A DNA stretch of 63,895 bases, counting the filler, from Actinomycetota bacterium (lineage in GTDB: Bacteria; Actinomycetota; Acidimicrobiia; IMCC26256; VFJJ01), in assembly GCA_009886115.1 (NCBI GenBank). It is 4 parts of 4 records of this genome, joined end to end, with 100 filler letters (N's around TTAATTAATTAA, not from the genome) between each part and the next. Parts side by side here need not be neighbours in the genome. Positions count along the whole stretch, not along the records: positions 29,482 to 42,842 come from VFJJ01000148.1; positions 42,943 to 57,526 come from VFJJ01000157.1; 2 more parts are not named here. One strand, given 5' to 3'. This document shows, piece after piece, positions 39,493 to 49,154 of the stretch. How positions within the stretch are numbered: position 1 is the stretch's first letter; each line of letters starts with the position of its first letter. The notes under the pieces are model-generated. The model had not been told where the DNA came from, did not search any database, and worked only from the letters and a program-made list of their open reading frames with translations. The position numbers and the translations under genes were made by a program.

Positions 39493-39635
39493 TTACTGGT
39501 AGTGCTCCGGCCGTTCGCAGCCGAGCACTTCCAACCAGGCACCGCCAACGAGACACCGCCAGCCGAGTTCCAGCGCAGCCAGAGTTCCACGCCCAGCTCG
39601 GCGAACCGGGCGACGTCGCCGAGGAGAGGCCTGCA

Positions 39636-40517
39636 ATGAAGTGGGGCATCGTCTTTGCCAGCACGTCGTTCCCCGAGCCCGATCGAGCGCTCGCCCTGGC
39701 CCGCAGCGCGGAGCGGGTCGGCTTCGAGTCGCTCTGGTGCCCCGAGCACATCGTCGTCCCGGTGGGCAGAGGGGTCACGCCCTACGGAGGCTCACCCGAC
39801 GGGAAGATGGACCGCCTGTGGCGCCGGGGTGGCATCCCCGATCCGTTGGTGTGGCTGGCCTTCGTCGCCAGTCAGACCACCACGATCGGGCTCGGCACCA
39901 ACGTGGTCATCCTGCCCGAGCACCAGTCGGTGGTGTTCGCCAAGTCGGCTGCGACGCTCGACTTCCTCTCGGGTGGACGCCTGCAGCTCGGCATCGGCGT
40001 CGGCGAGCTCCCCGAGGAGTACGCCTCGGTGGGGATGGATTTCACCAACCGGGGTCGCCGCATGGACGAGTCGATCGAGGCCATGCGCGTCCTGTGGACC
40101 GAAGAGGTCGCCAGCTACCACGGCAGCCACGTGAACTTCGACAACGTGCGCTGCGATCCCCGGCCCGTCAACGGGACCGTGCGCTTGCACATCGGGGGCG
40201 CGTCCGACGCGGCCATCCGGCGTGCAGCCCGTTTCGGCGACGGCTACTTCCCCTGGGTCGGCCCGGGCCTCGACCTCCACGAGACGCTCACCCGTGTGAT
40301 CACCGGGGTGAGGCGCGAGGCCGAGGCGCTCGGCCGCGACCCGGTCTCGATCGAGATGACCGTGGGTGGCGCTCGCACCATCGACCAGGCCGAGCGCATG
40401 GCCGCGCTCGGGGTCGACCGGCTCGTCATCGCGGTGCGGGGCAAGACCATCGCCGAGGTCGACGACGAGCTCGCGACGTTCGCACACGATGTGATCGCGC
40501 CGACATCCGAGCTCTGA
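39636..40517 (+). CDS. LLM-class F420-dependent oxidoreductase
   Basis: PEHIVVP, PDPLVWL, LSGGRLQLGIGVG, RGRRMDE. Confidence 0.88.
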   Translation: MKWGIVFASTSFPEPDRALALARSAERVGFESLWCPEHIVVPVGRGVTPYGGSPDGKMDRLWRRGGIPDPLVWLAFVASQTTTIGLGTNVVILPEHQSVVFAKSAATLDFLSGGRLQLGIGVGELPEEYASVGMDFTNRGRRMDESIEAMRVLWTEEVASYHGSHVNFDNVRCDPRPVNGTVRLHIGGASDAAIRRAARFGDGYFPWVGPGLDLHETLTRVITGVRREAEALGRDPVSIEMTVGGARTIDQAERMAALGVDRLVIAVRGKTIAEVDDELATFAHDVIAPTSEL

Positions 40518-40562
40518 GCATCCCTCGTCTCCGGTCTCGGACGACGCGGGGAGATCGAGTAC

Positions 40563-40580
40563 TTTGACGATGATGTCAAG
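40563..40580. promoter_or_regulatory. Palindromic operator candidate, copy 3 (TTTGACGATGATGTCAAG)
   Basis: Upstream of the amidohydrolase-Rieske pair. Confidence 0.65.
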
Positions 40581-40626
40581 TGTCGACGACGTGAACGCTG
40601 CTCTCGCGTCCGATCCGGGGGTTTCG

Positions 40627-41856
40627 ATGCCGCGACCGGAATACGGCGTGTTCGACGCCGACAATCACCTCTACGAGTCCCCGACCGTCATCACCGAGTA
40701 CCTGCCCCGGCAGTACGCGCGCGATCTCCAGTTCGTCGAGATTCGCGGCCGAGCCCGCATGGCCGTCAAGGGACACATCACCGAGTACATGCCCAACCCC
40801 ACCTTCGACCAGGTCGCGGCGCCGGGGGCGCACGTCCCCTACTACAAGGGCGACAACCCCGAGGGCCTGACCCTGCGGGAGATGACCGGCGCCCCCATCG
40901 CCTGCCTCCCGGCGTTTCGCGAGCCCGCTCCGCGTCTGGCGCTCATGGACGAGCTGGGCGTGCACCGGACGCTGATGTTCCCCACGCTCGCGAACCTGCT
41001 CGAGTACTCGCTCGACGGCGACCCTCGGCTCACGCACGTGGCGGTGCACGCCGTGAACGAGTGGCTGCACGACGTGTGGAGCTTCAACTACCAGGAACGG
41101 ATCTTCACCGTCCCGGTCATCACCTTGCCGATCCTCGACCAGGCCATCACCGAGCTGGAGTGGGTGCTCGAGCGCGGCGCCAAGGCGATCCTCATCCGAC
41201 CCGGCCCGGTGACAGGGTTCGACGGGTCACGCTCGATCGCCCTGCCGGAGTTCGACCCGTTCTGGGCCCGGGTGCAAGAAGCGGGCATCCCAGTGTGCAT
41301 GCATGCATCGTTCCCGCCGCTCACCTCGTACTACGACCGGTGGGAGCCCAACCGCACCGACAGCGCGTTCAAGCCCACGCCGCTCAAGAACCTCCTGATC
41401 GGTCACCGCGAGATCGAAGACGCCGTCGCGGCCATGATCTGTCAGGGCGCGTTGTCACGGTTCCCCGACATCAAGCTGGCCAGCGTCGAGAACGGGGCCG
41501 ACTGGGTGACCCACCTGCTCAAGATGCTCGACTCGGCCTATCGGAAGATGCCCCGCGAGTTCGCCGAGAACCCGCGCGACGTGCTCCACCGGAACCTCTA
41601 CGTCAACCCGTTCTGGGAGGACGACGTCGCCGAGCTCATCGACGTGATGGGGGCCGATCACGTGATGTTCGGCTCCGACTTCCCGCATCCCGAGGGCCTG
41701 GCCGAGCCGCTCGAGTACTTCGAGTACCTCGACCGGGCCGGGGTCGACGACGCGGCGCAACGGATGGTGATGTGCGAGAACGGCAACCGGCTGTTGGGGC
41801 TGGAGCCGGTGCTCTCGGGGGCTGCCGCTGGCGCGAGCGGAAAGACGATCCGATGA
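40627..41856 (+). CDS. Amidohydrolase_2 family protein (start approximate)
   Basis: DADNHLYE, CMHAS, SVENG, FGSDFPHPEG. Confidence 0.88.
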   Translation: MPRPEYGVFDADNHLYESPTVITEYLPRQYARDLQFVEIRGRARMAVKGHITEYMPNPTFDQVAAPGAHVPYYKGDNPEGLTLREMTGAPIACLPAFREPAPRLALMDELGVHRTLMFPTLANLLEYSLDGDPRLTHVAVHAVNEWLHDVWSFNYQERIFTVPVITLPILDQAITELEWVLERGAKAILIRPGPVTGFDGSRSIALPEFDPFWARVQEAGIPVCMHASFPPLTSYYDRWEPNRTDSAFKPTPLKNLLIGHREIEDAVAAMICQGALSRFPDIKLASVENGADWVTHLLKMLDSAYRKMPREFAENPRDVLHRNLYVNPFWEDDVAELIDVMGADHVMFGSDFPHPEGLAEPLEYFEYLDRAGVDDAAQRMVMCENGNRLLGLEPVLSGAAAGASGKTIR

Positions 41857-42842
41857 AGGTCCCGTTCACGTGGAAGCCGACGGGCTGGTTCATGGTCGGC
41901 TGGAGCGCCGATGTGATGCCCGGCACCGTGAAGCCGCTGCAGTACTTCGGCGAGCACCTGGTGGCGTACCGCACGCTCGACGGAGATCTGCACGTGCTCA
42001 ACGCCCACTGCCCGCACCTCGGTGCGAACATCGGGCGGGGCGGAAAGGTGAACGGCGACTGCGTCACCTGCCCCTATCACGGCTGGGGCTACGGGCCCGA
42101 CGGCGTGAACCGGTTCATCCCCTACGAGGACCGACCCAACGTCACGAAGAGCCTCCGGGCCTGGCCCGTGACCGAGCGCCACGAATGCATCTTCATCTGG
42201 CACGATCCGGCCGGGGGCCCGCCCCGCTGGGAGCTGCCCGACCTCTTCACGGCGTACGACGACATGCCCTCGGACCCGTCGGAGTACTACCGGGCTTATC
42301 CCGAGGTGTCGGTCTACTACCCACGCGAACCGGTGCATCCGCAGATCACGCTCGAGAACGCTGCCGACTCGATCCACTTCAAGTACGTCCACGACGCGAC
42401 CGTCGACCCGGTGCTCATGTCCTGGGACCCGGTCGGGCCGCTCTTCCACACCGTCAACGGCTGGCCGGTGCCCTCGGCCAAGAGCCCCGATGGCATGGCC
42501 CTCAAGATCCGTGCCATCTCGTGCGGCGTCGGCGGCTCGTACAGCGTCTTCGAGGGTAACGCCCACTACCGCCTCATCTTCTTCACCACCCCGGTCGACG
42601 ACGAGTCGTCCGACATGTTCTATTCCATCTGGTGGCCCAAGCGTGCGGGCGACACGTCCGACGTGATTCCCGACGATCTGCGCGAGCGGGTGGAGAAGCA
42701 GTTCCTGCAGACGCTCTGGGACGATCTCGAGATCTGGCGCTATCAGGTGTACGTCTCCAACCCGGCGCTGGCCCAGCGCGACGCCCGTCCATACGGTGCG
42801 ATCCGGAAGTGGGCCGCCCAGTTCTACGAGATCGACGCCTGA
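41853..42842 (+). CDS. Rieske [2Fe-2S] oxygenase, KshA-like
   Basis: CPHLG...CPYHGW Rieske motif; ENAADSIHFKYVH mononuclear Fe motif; DLEIW; ATGA coupling. Confidence 0.88.
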   Translation: MKVPFTWKPTGWFMVGWSADVMPGTVKPLQYFGEHLVAYRTLDGDLHVLNAHCPHLGANIGRGGKVNGDCVTCPYHGWGYGPDGVNRFIPYEDRPNVTKSLRAWPVTERHECIFIWHDPAGGPPRWELPDLFTAYDDMPSDPSEYYRAYPEVSVYYPREPVHPQITLENAADSIHFKYVHDATVDPVLMSWDPVGPLFHTVNGWPVPSAKSPDGMALKIRAISCGVGGSYSVFEGNAHYRLIFFTTPVDDESSDMFYSIWWPKRAGDTSDVIPDDLRERVEKQFLQTLWDDLEIWRYQVYVSNPALAQRDARPYGAIRKWAAQFYEIDA

Positions 42843-42942
42843 NNNNNNNNNNNNNNNNNNNNNNNNNNNNNNNNNNNNNNNNNNNNTTAATTAATTAANN
42901 NNNNNNNNNNNNNNNNNNNNNNNNNNNNNNNNNNNNNNNNNN
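42843..42942. other. Artificial contig-joining spacer
   Basis: N-run with TTAATTAATTAA. Confidence 0.98.
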
Positions 42943-43575
42943 CTCGAGGTGACAGCCGCGCCCTACTTCGTCGATGACGAGGAGGCTGAGGTGATCGTCA
43001 CGATCGAGCCCGGCACGGCAACCGGGTTCATCGAGGTTCCCTACTGGGGTTTCGTCAATGACGATTTCCAGACGACCCTTTGGGCCAGCGGCAGCGACTA
43101 CCCCGTCGGCAGTGGCGGATTCATCTTCGATGCCGGTTTCGGAGACGACACCCGCAATTTCGTCGTCCTCTACGACGACGCCGGGACCGTGCGTGCGCAA
43201 GGAGGCACCCCGAACGGATACCCCAAGATCGTGGCGCCCGAGACCCCGGGCCCGTCCGGCCAAGCGGGTGTGGGCCTCCTCGGATTCCCCGACGGCGGCG
43301 GGATCTTCCCCAACCCCTTCCTCCTCACCGACGGAGCCCCCGGGACGTGTCCCGACCAGCGCTCGGGCGTCTTCGTGAACGGCATCGACCTGGTCTTCGT
43401 CGAACCCGGTCCGGTCGAGCTCAACCTGTACCCCGACGATCGCACCGACGCCTGCCAGGGTCCCGCCCCGGCCGAACTGACGGGATCCCTCGAAGCCGGG
43501 CGGCTGTACGTGTTCATCATCACCGGCCCGAACGACTACTCCGACCTTCAGACGCTGCTGGTGCCCATCTCGTGA
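42943..43575 (+). CDS. 3' part of an acidic, beta-rich hypothetical (probably extracytoplasmic) protein
   Basis: Frame open from the contig edge, host-like codon usage, Asp/Gly/Pro-rich. Confidence 0.6.
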   Translation, partial: LEVTAAPYFVDDEEAEVIVTIEPGTATGFIEVPYWGFVNDDFQTTLWASGSDYPVGSGGFIFDAGFGDDTRNFVVLYDDAGTVRAQGGTPNGYPKIVAPETPGPSGQAGVGLLGFPDGGGIFPNPFLLTDGAPGTCPDQRSGVFVNGIDLVFVEPGPVELNLYPDDRTDACQGPAPAELTGSLEAGRLYVFIITGPNDYSDLQTLLVPIS

Positions 43576-43880
43576 GCGGGGACCGTCGCTTGAGAACTCA
43601 GGCGACGGGGGTCGAGCGCGGGTGTTGGCCTCGGTTTCTACGGTACGGGTACCTGGGTCGCGAGTCCAGGAAGGTCGAACGCCTGTCAACGGGAACTGAT
43701 GGCGCGTGTAGGCAGGAGGTGGCAACGCGTGTGCTCGGGATTAGTCGACGCGTGGCAGTAGGATTACCCAGACTGACGACGTGGTTTACCCGCAACGCGG
43801 GGACGGTACGCCTGGGTCGTGACCCTCGTGTTGCCGACCGGTGACAGCGGCGTGAACGAGGGCGCGTCCGAGGTGGCAGT

Positions 43881-43925
43881 GCTACGAGGCTCTGCTACGA
43901 GGCTCTGCTACGAGGCCCGGCTACG
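43881..43925. repeat. 13-bp tandem repeat (GCTACGAGGCTCT) x ~3.5
   Basis: Directly visible; abuts the protease stop codon. Confidence 0.8.
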
Positions 43926-45456
43926 GCACGCAGGTGTCAGAGCCGTTCTCGAAGCCGTTCTGGAAGGCGGCCGTGCGTTCGAAGGCCGAGGTCTGGTTCT
44001 CGTCGAACATCTCGTCGGCTCCGGCGGTTCCCGAGGTGAACAGGAACGCGTAGACGGCCTCGTCGAGATCGCCGGCGGCCAGCGAGATCGGCTCCCCCTC
44101 GAACTCGACGCCGGTGCGACCGAACCACGCCGACCAGGCACCGGTAAGGCAATCGGCGACGAGCCCGAGCGCCCGGGGGTCGGCCTCGACGCCCAGACGG
44201 TCGAGGACCCCGGCGCTCCAGGCGTTGCCGATGACGGCCGAGACCGTGAAGTCGCCGCCTCGGTAGAGCTCCTCGAGGAGGGTCTGGTCCCAGAGCACGG
44301 TCTCGTCGGCCTCGCAGTAGATGACGTGGCCGGCGATCTGATCGAGCGTGAGACCGTCGCACGAGGGCACGGCGCGTGAGCCTCGGAAGGAGGTGGTCTC
44401 GAAGGACTCGTACCGGGGGCCGCCGAGTGCTTGTTGCTCGTCGACCCAGAACTGGTCGAGCGCCTCCAGCGTGAAGGGGATGAGCGTGGCGAACGGCAGA
44501 TCGCCCGGAACGAAGACGTCGGTTCCCTCCACGATCGGAGATGAGCGGTGCAGCTCGACGCACGCGCCTGCGCCGTCCTCGAAGCCTTGGCGGAAGGCCT
44601 CGATGCGCTGGAAGGCCGATCCGTGGGCGCCTTCGAGTCGGGGGCTGAAGCCCGGAGGGTCGCGGAAACGCAGGAGCCCGGCGAGGGCCTCGTCGAGATC
44701 GCCGGGATCGAGGGTGAGGATCGGGTTGGTCCCGGCGTCGACATCGGCGGTCCAGGCCCCGGCGAAACAGTCGGCCTGCTGCTCGAGCCCGATCGTGGGC
44801 CCGGTGAACCCGGCCCGCTCGGCGATCGCGTGGCCCCACTCGTGGGCCAACACGACCAGGACCGCGGTGTCGCCGATCTCATCGAACAGCGTGGGGATCA
44901 GGCCCTCGGCGTCGTAGGCGATGTAGTCGCCGGCCGGGCAGTACAGGGCGTTCCCTTCGCCAGCGAGGAGGAGGTCGGTGACGACCTCGCCGTCGCACGT
45001 GAGCGTGTCGGTACGGCGGGTGACGCCGATGACGTCGGAGATCGTGGAGTACTCGCCGCCGATGGTTTCGGGGAACTCCCGTTGCCAGTAGTCGTCGATC
45101 GACAGCCGGGCGATCTCGGCCACGTCGTCGAGGGTGACCGGAACGCCGGTGGTGGGCGTCGTGGCCGGCTCGCCCGGCTCGAGGGGTGCGGTCGTCGATG
45201 GGGAGCCTGGCTCGGTGGTCGCGGTCGTGGTCGTTCCGGTCGATCCCGGGGTCGTGGGATCTTCGGGCCCACTCGTGGTCGTGCTCGTCGCCGACTCGTC
45301 GATCCCGGGCTTCAGGGTCGGTTCAGGTCCGACGGCCGACTGCGCCGACTGGGTGTCGGAACTACACGCGCTCGTGACCGAGAGCACGGCCACGATGATG
45401 GCCGCAACGCGCAGATGGGCGCAGGAGAATCGCCAACGGGTCCGTTGCATCGTCAT
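43921..45456 (-). CDS. Neutral zinc metallopeptidase lipoprotein (LpqM/YpfJ-like)
   Basis: TSAC lipobox, Thr/Pro linker, NALYC, AHEWGH, EQQADCFAG, AHGSAFQR; second repeat lacks HExxH. Confidence 0.85.
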   Translation of the reverse strand: MTMQRTRWRFSCAHLRVAAIIVAVLSVTSACSSDTQSAQSAVGPEPTLKPGIDESATSTTTSGPEDPTTPGSTGTTTTATTEPGSPSTTAPLEPGEPATTPTTGVPVTLDDVAEIARLSIDDYWQREFPETIGGEYSTISDVIGVTRRTDTLTCDGEVVTDLLLAGEGNALYCPAGDYIAYDAEGLIPTLFDEIGDTAVLVVLAHEWGHAIAERAGFTGPTIGLEQQADCFAGAWTADVDAGTNPILTLDPGDLDEALAGLLRFRDPPGFSPRLEGAHGSAFQRIEAFRQGFEDGAGACVELHRSSPIVEGTDVFVPGDLPFATLIPFTLEALDQFWVDEQQALGGPRYESFETTSFRGSRAVPSCDGLTLDQIAGHVIYCEADETVLWDQTLLEELYRGGDFTVSAVIGNAWSAGVLDRLGVEADPRALGLVADCLTGAWSAWFGRTGVEFEGEPISLAAGDLDEAVYAFLFTSGTAGADEMFDENQTSAFERTAAFQNGFENGSDTCVP

Positions 45457-45599
45457 CGAGGTTATCGGCCCTCCCGCCCCGGCGGATCACGGTCGTCACG
45501 CTCAACGACCGTCCGTGCGAGACGGGTTCCCGGGCCGTCACGGCCTCGTTGCCTCCCAGCGGTGAACGAGGTCAGCCCGACGGGCGCGGTGTGGGCCAG

Positions 45600-45631
45600 C
45601 GATGGGGCACCGATGGGGCACCGATGGGGCA
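45600..45631. repeat. 11-bp tandem repeat (CGATGGGGCAC) x ~3
   Basis: Directly visible in a divergent intergenic region. Confidence 0.8.
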
Positions 45632-45730
45632 GGATGGCATGGGCACGGGAACCTCGGGCGCCTCCTCGACGTTGGGCGAGCGCGAGTGTGACAGTGAGCT
45701 TCAGCCTCGGTCAGCGAATGGAGATGGTGA

Positions 45731-47050
45731 GTGATCGACGATTCGAGTACCCGAGCGCCGGCGTCGAGGGGGCCGGCCCTGACGGCCGGATCCCCGGAGG
45801 TCGCGAACCTGCTCGACCGGCTGCTGCTGGAGATGCGGCGGATCGTGGTGGGCCAGGACCGGGCGGTCGAACGTCTGCTCGTCGCCCTCCTGGCTCGGGG
45901 ACATTGCCTGCTCGAAGGAGTGCCCGGGCTGGCCAAGACGCTGGCCGCGGAAACCCTGGCACGCGCCGCGGGCGGGAAGTTCGTCCGTCTGCAGTTCACA
46001 CCCGACCTGATCCCATCCGACATCGTGGGGACCCGCATCTACCGTGCGTCGCGAGAGTCCTTCGACATCGAGTTGGGGCCGATCTTCGCCAACGTGGTCC
46101 TGGCCGACGAGATCAACCGGGCCCCGGCAAAGGTCCAGTCCGCGCTGCTCGAGGTGATGGCCGAGCGCCAGGTCTCGATCGGGGGGACGACGTTCGACGT
46201 CCCCGAGCCGTTCCTGGTGATGGCGACGCAGAACCCGATCGAGTCCGAGGGCGTGTACCCCCTGCCCGAAGCGCAACGTGACCGCTTCCTGCTCAAGCTG
46301 CTCGTCGACTATCCGAGCGCCATCGAGGAGATGGAGATCGTGCGCCGGATGGGCGTCAATCCCCCCGTGGCCCGGGCCGTCGTCGACGCCGAGACGGTCG
46401 TGCTGCTGCAGCAGGCAACCGACGCCGTCTACGTCGACCCCCGGGTCGCCGACTACGCCGTCCGCCTCGTGCTCACCTCCCGGCATCCGCACCAGCACGG
46501 CCTGCCCGACCTCACCAACGTGATCGCGTTCGGCGCCAGCCCCCGAGCGAGCCTGGGTCTCGTCGCCGCGGGCAAGGCCCTCGCCGTGTTGCGGGGCCGG
46601 GCCTATCTCGTGCCCCAGGACGTGTTCGAGGTCGCCCCCGAGGTCTTGCGGCATCGCATCCTGCTCACCTACGAAGCGCTGGCCGACGGGGTCGACGTGG
46701 AGCAGGTCGTGAGCCGGATCCTGGCCACCACGTTGGCACCGCGCATCGTCCCCATGCACGAGCAGGTGGCGGTCCCCGGGTGGCCGGCTCCGGCTCCGCT
46801 ACCAGCCGAACAGCTGGCTCCGCCTCCCGCCGGGCAGGTGGCGGTCATGCCGGCACCTCGGGCCGGGGTGCCCCAGGTGGTCACGCCGTCCGAATGGCTC
46901 GAGCCCACACAGAGCCTCCATGCCGTCGCCGAGCCCACCCAGGCTGAACCAGGCCAGGCTGAACCAGGCCAGGCCGGTGCTGGCGTGGCTGAGCCCGGCG
47001 CTGCCCCGTCCGGCGACGACGAGCCCCGGACCGAAGATGGTGCTGCGTGA
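45731..47050 (+). CDS. moxR: MoxR-family AAA+ ATPase
   Basis: GVPGLAKT, QFTPDL, DEINRA, ATQNPIE, AQRDRF, GASPR. Confidence 0.95.
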   Translation: MIDDSSTRAPASRGPALTAGSPEVANLLDRLLLEMRRIVVGQDRAVERLLVALLARGHCLLEGVPGLAKTLAAETLARAAGGKFVRLQFTPDLIPSDIVGTRIYRASRESFDIELGPIFANVVLADEINRAPAKVQSALLEVMAERQVSIGGTTFDVPEPFLVMATQNPIESEGVYPLPEAQRDRFLLKLLVDYPSAIEEMEIVRRMGVNPPVARAVVDAETVVLLQQATDAVYVDPRVADYAVRLVLTSRHPHQHGLPDLTNVIAFGASPRASLGLVAAGKALAVLRGRAYLVPQDVFEVAPEVLRHRILLTYEALADGVDVEQVVSRILATTLAPRIVPMHEQVAVPGWPAPAPLPAEQLAPPPAGQVAVMPAPRAGVPQVVTPSEWLEPTQSLHAVAEPTQAEPGQAEPGQAGAGVAEPGAAPSGDDEPRTEDGAA

Positions 47051-48018
47051 GCGACCGCGGGTCTCGTCCGACGAGCTCGGCGCCCGTGGCCACGGCCGTC
47101 CCCGTGCTGCATCGCGATGTGTTACGCCGGCTGGAGCTCACCGTGACCCGCCGCCTCGACGGGATCCTCCAAGGCGACTACCTCGGCCTCGTCCCCGGGC
47201 GAGGCAGCGAGTCGGGCGAGGCCCGCATGTACGAGCCGGGTGACGACGTGCGGCGAATCGACTGGAACGTGACCGCCCGCACGACCGTCGCCCATGTGCG
47301 CCAGACGATCGCCGACCGGGAGCTGGAGTCGTGGCTCGTCGCCGACCTGTCGCCCAGCTTGGCCTTCGGGACCGCCCGGTGCGAGAAGCGCGACCTCGTG
47401 CTCGCCGCATCGACGGCCCTCGCGCTCCTCACCGCGCGATTGGGGAATCGGCTCGGCGCCGTGCTCGTGGAGCCGGGAGGGAACCTCACGATCGTCCCGG
47501 CCCGCACCGGCCGGCACCACGCTCGCTCGGTGCTCCATCGCATCGCCGCCGAGCCTCGACGCGACGGAGGCGGCGCGACCGATCTCGTGAGCGCGCTCGG
47601 CGCGGCCCGCAACGCGGCCCGCCGTCGGGGGCTGGTGGTCGTCATGTCCGACTTCGTGGCGCCGGGGACCTGGGACCGTCCGCTCCGGGCGCTCACGGCC
47701 CGCCACGACGTGCTGGCCATCGAGGTGGTCGATCCCCGCGAGCTCGAGCTCCCGGCCATGGGCCTGCTGGCCTTGGTCGATCCCGAGACGGGAAGGCACG
47801 TCGAGGTCCAGACGGGTCGTAAGAAGGTGCGCGACGCCTACGCCGCCGCGGCAGTCACCCAGAAAGCCGACATCGCGCAGCGCATCCGGGTGAGCGGCGC
47901 CGATCACCTCGTGCTGCGAACCGACCGCGACTGGGTGCTCGATCTCGTGCGCTTCGTCGCGCTGCGCCGCCACCGGGCGCGCTACGCAACGGCGAGCACG
48001 CCCGGGGGTGCCCGATGA
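47047..48018 (+). CDS. DUF58 family protein
   Basis: YEPGDDVRRIDWNVTAR, DLSPS, MSDF, DPETG. Confidence 0.92.
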   Translation: MSDRGSRPTSSAPVATAVPVLHRDVLRRLELTVTRRLDGILQGDYLGLVPGRGSESGEARMYEPGDDVRRIDWNVTARTTVAHVRQTIADRELESWLVADLSPSLAFGTARCEKRDLVLAASTALALLTARLGNRLGAVLVEPGGNLTIVPARTGRHHARSVLHRIAAEPRRDGGGATDLVSALGAARNAARRRGLVVVMSDFVAPGTWDRPLRALTARHDVLAIEVVDPRELELPAMGLLALVDPETGRHVEVQTGRKKVRDAYAAAAVTQKADIAQRIRVSGADHLVLRTDRDWVLDLVRFVALRRHRARYATASTPGGAR

Positions 48019-49097
48019 CCGTCGCCACCTCGGCGGGGATCGCCGTCGAGTACCTGGCAGGCGGACGCCTGTGGTTGCTCGCTGTCGTCGGGGCGCTGGC
48101 TGTGGGGTACGTCGTGCTCCAGTTCCGAAGGCGGGCGTTCGCCGTGCGTTTCGCCAACGCCGAGCTCCTGGCGTCGGTGGTGCCACGCCATCCCGGCTGG
48201 CGCCGGCATCTCACGTCGGGCCTCCTGCTGATTGCGCTGGCGCTGTTCGTGGTGGCCTTCGCCCGTCCGGCCCGGCGCGAAGCGGTGGCCCAGGAGACCT
48301 CGATCATCATGTTGGCCATCGACGTCTCCTTGTCGATGCAGGCCGAGGACGTCGAGCCCTCACGTATCGACGCCGCCAAGGACGCCGCCGTGTCGTTCAT
48401 CGACGGCCTGCCCGAGAACGTACTGGTTGGCCTGGTGAAGTTCTCGGGCGCGCCCACGGTGTTGGTGAGCCCCACCGACGACAAGCGCACGCTGATCCGG
48501 GCGATCGAGCGGCTCGACCTCGACGAGGGGACCGGGATCGGCAATGCGATCTTCGCGTCGCTCGATGCCCTCGACAGCGCCGGTGTCTTCGACAGCGCCG
48601 GTAACGGTGACGGTGACGGTCGTGGGTCAGGCCCGGGGAGTTCCGGCGGGGCAGCGGGCACGGGAGCCGGTGCCGGGGGGGCCGGGGAGGCCGGTCAGCC
48701 CCTGGCTCGCATCGTCGTGATGAGCGACGGCAAGACGACGGTCCCTGATCCTCCGAACGACGCCGAGGCCTCGGCAGCGGCCGAGGCTCTCGGGGTGCCC
48801 GTCTCGACGATCGCGTTCGGCACGAGCGACGGTGAGCTCGAGGATCCCCGCAGCGGCGACATCGTCGCCGTGCCCGTCGACACCGTGGCCCTCCAGGCCA
48901 TCGCCGACGCCACCGGTGGTATCGCCTACGAGGCCGACTCACTGGAGTCGCTCGAGGAGGTCTACCGCGACATCGGCCAGACCGTCACCACCGAAACCCA
49001 GGTGCGCGAGATCGGCGAGCGCTTCGTCGGCTTGGGCCTCCTCGCGGCGGGCTTCGCCGTCGTGGGTTCCTTGTTCTGGTTCGGTCGTCTGGTCTGA
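48015..49097 (+). CDS. VWA domain membrane protein
   Basis: DVSLSM MIDAS, GTGIG, MSDG, N- and C-terminal TM segments. Confidence 0.92.
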   Translation: MTVATSAGIAVEYLAGGRLWLLAVVGALAVGYVVLQFRRRAFAVRFANAELLASVVPRHPGWRRHLTSGLLLIALALFVVAFARPARREAVAQETSIIMLAIDVSLSMQAEDVEPSRIDAAKDAAVSFIDGLPENVLVGLVKFSGAPTVLVSPTDDKRTLIRAIERLDLDEGTGIGNAIFASLDALDSAGVFDSAGNGDGDGRGSGPGSSGGAAGTGAGAGGAGEAGQPLARIVVMSDGKTTVPDPPNDAEASAAAEALGVPVSTIAFGTSDGELEDPRSGDIVAVPVDTVALQAIADATGGIAYEADSLESLEEVYRDIGQTVTTETQVREIGERFVGLGLLAAGFAVVGSLFWFGRLV

Positions 49098-49154
49098 GAC
49101 GGCGTCGGGCCGCCGTGCCAAGATGGCGCCCCGTCGGCTGGCCAGGAGGAGCGC

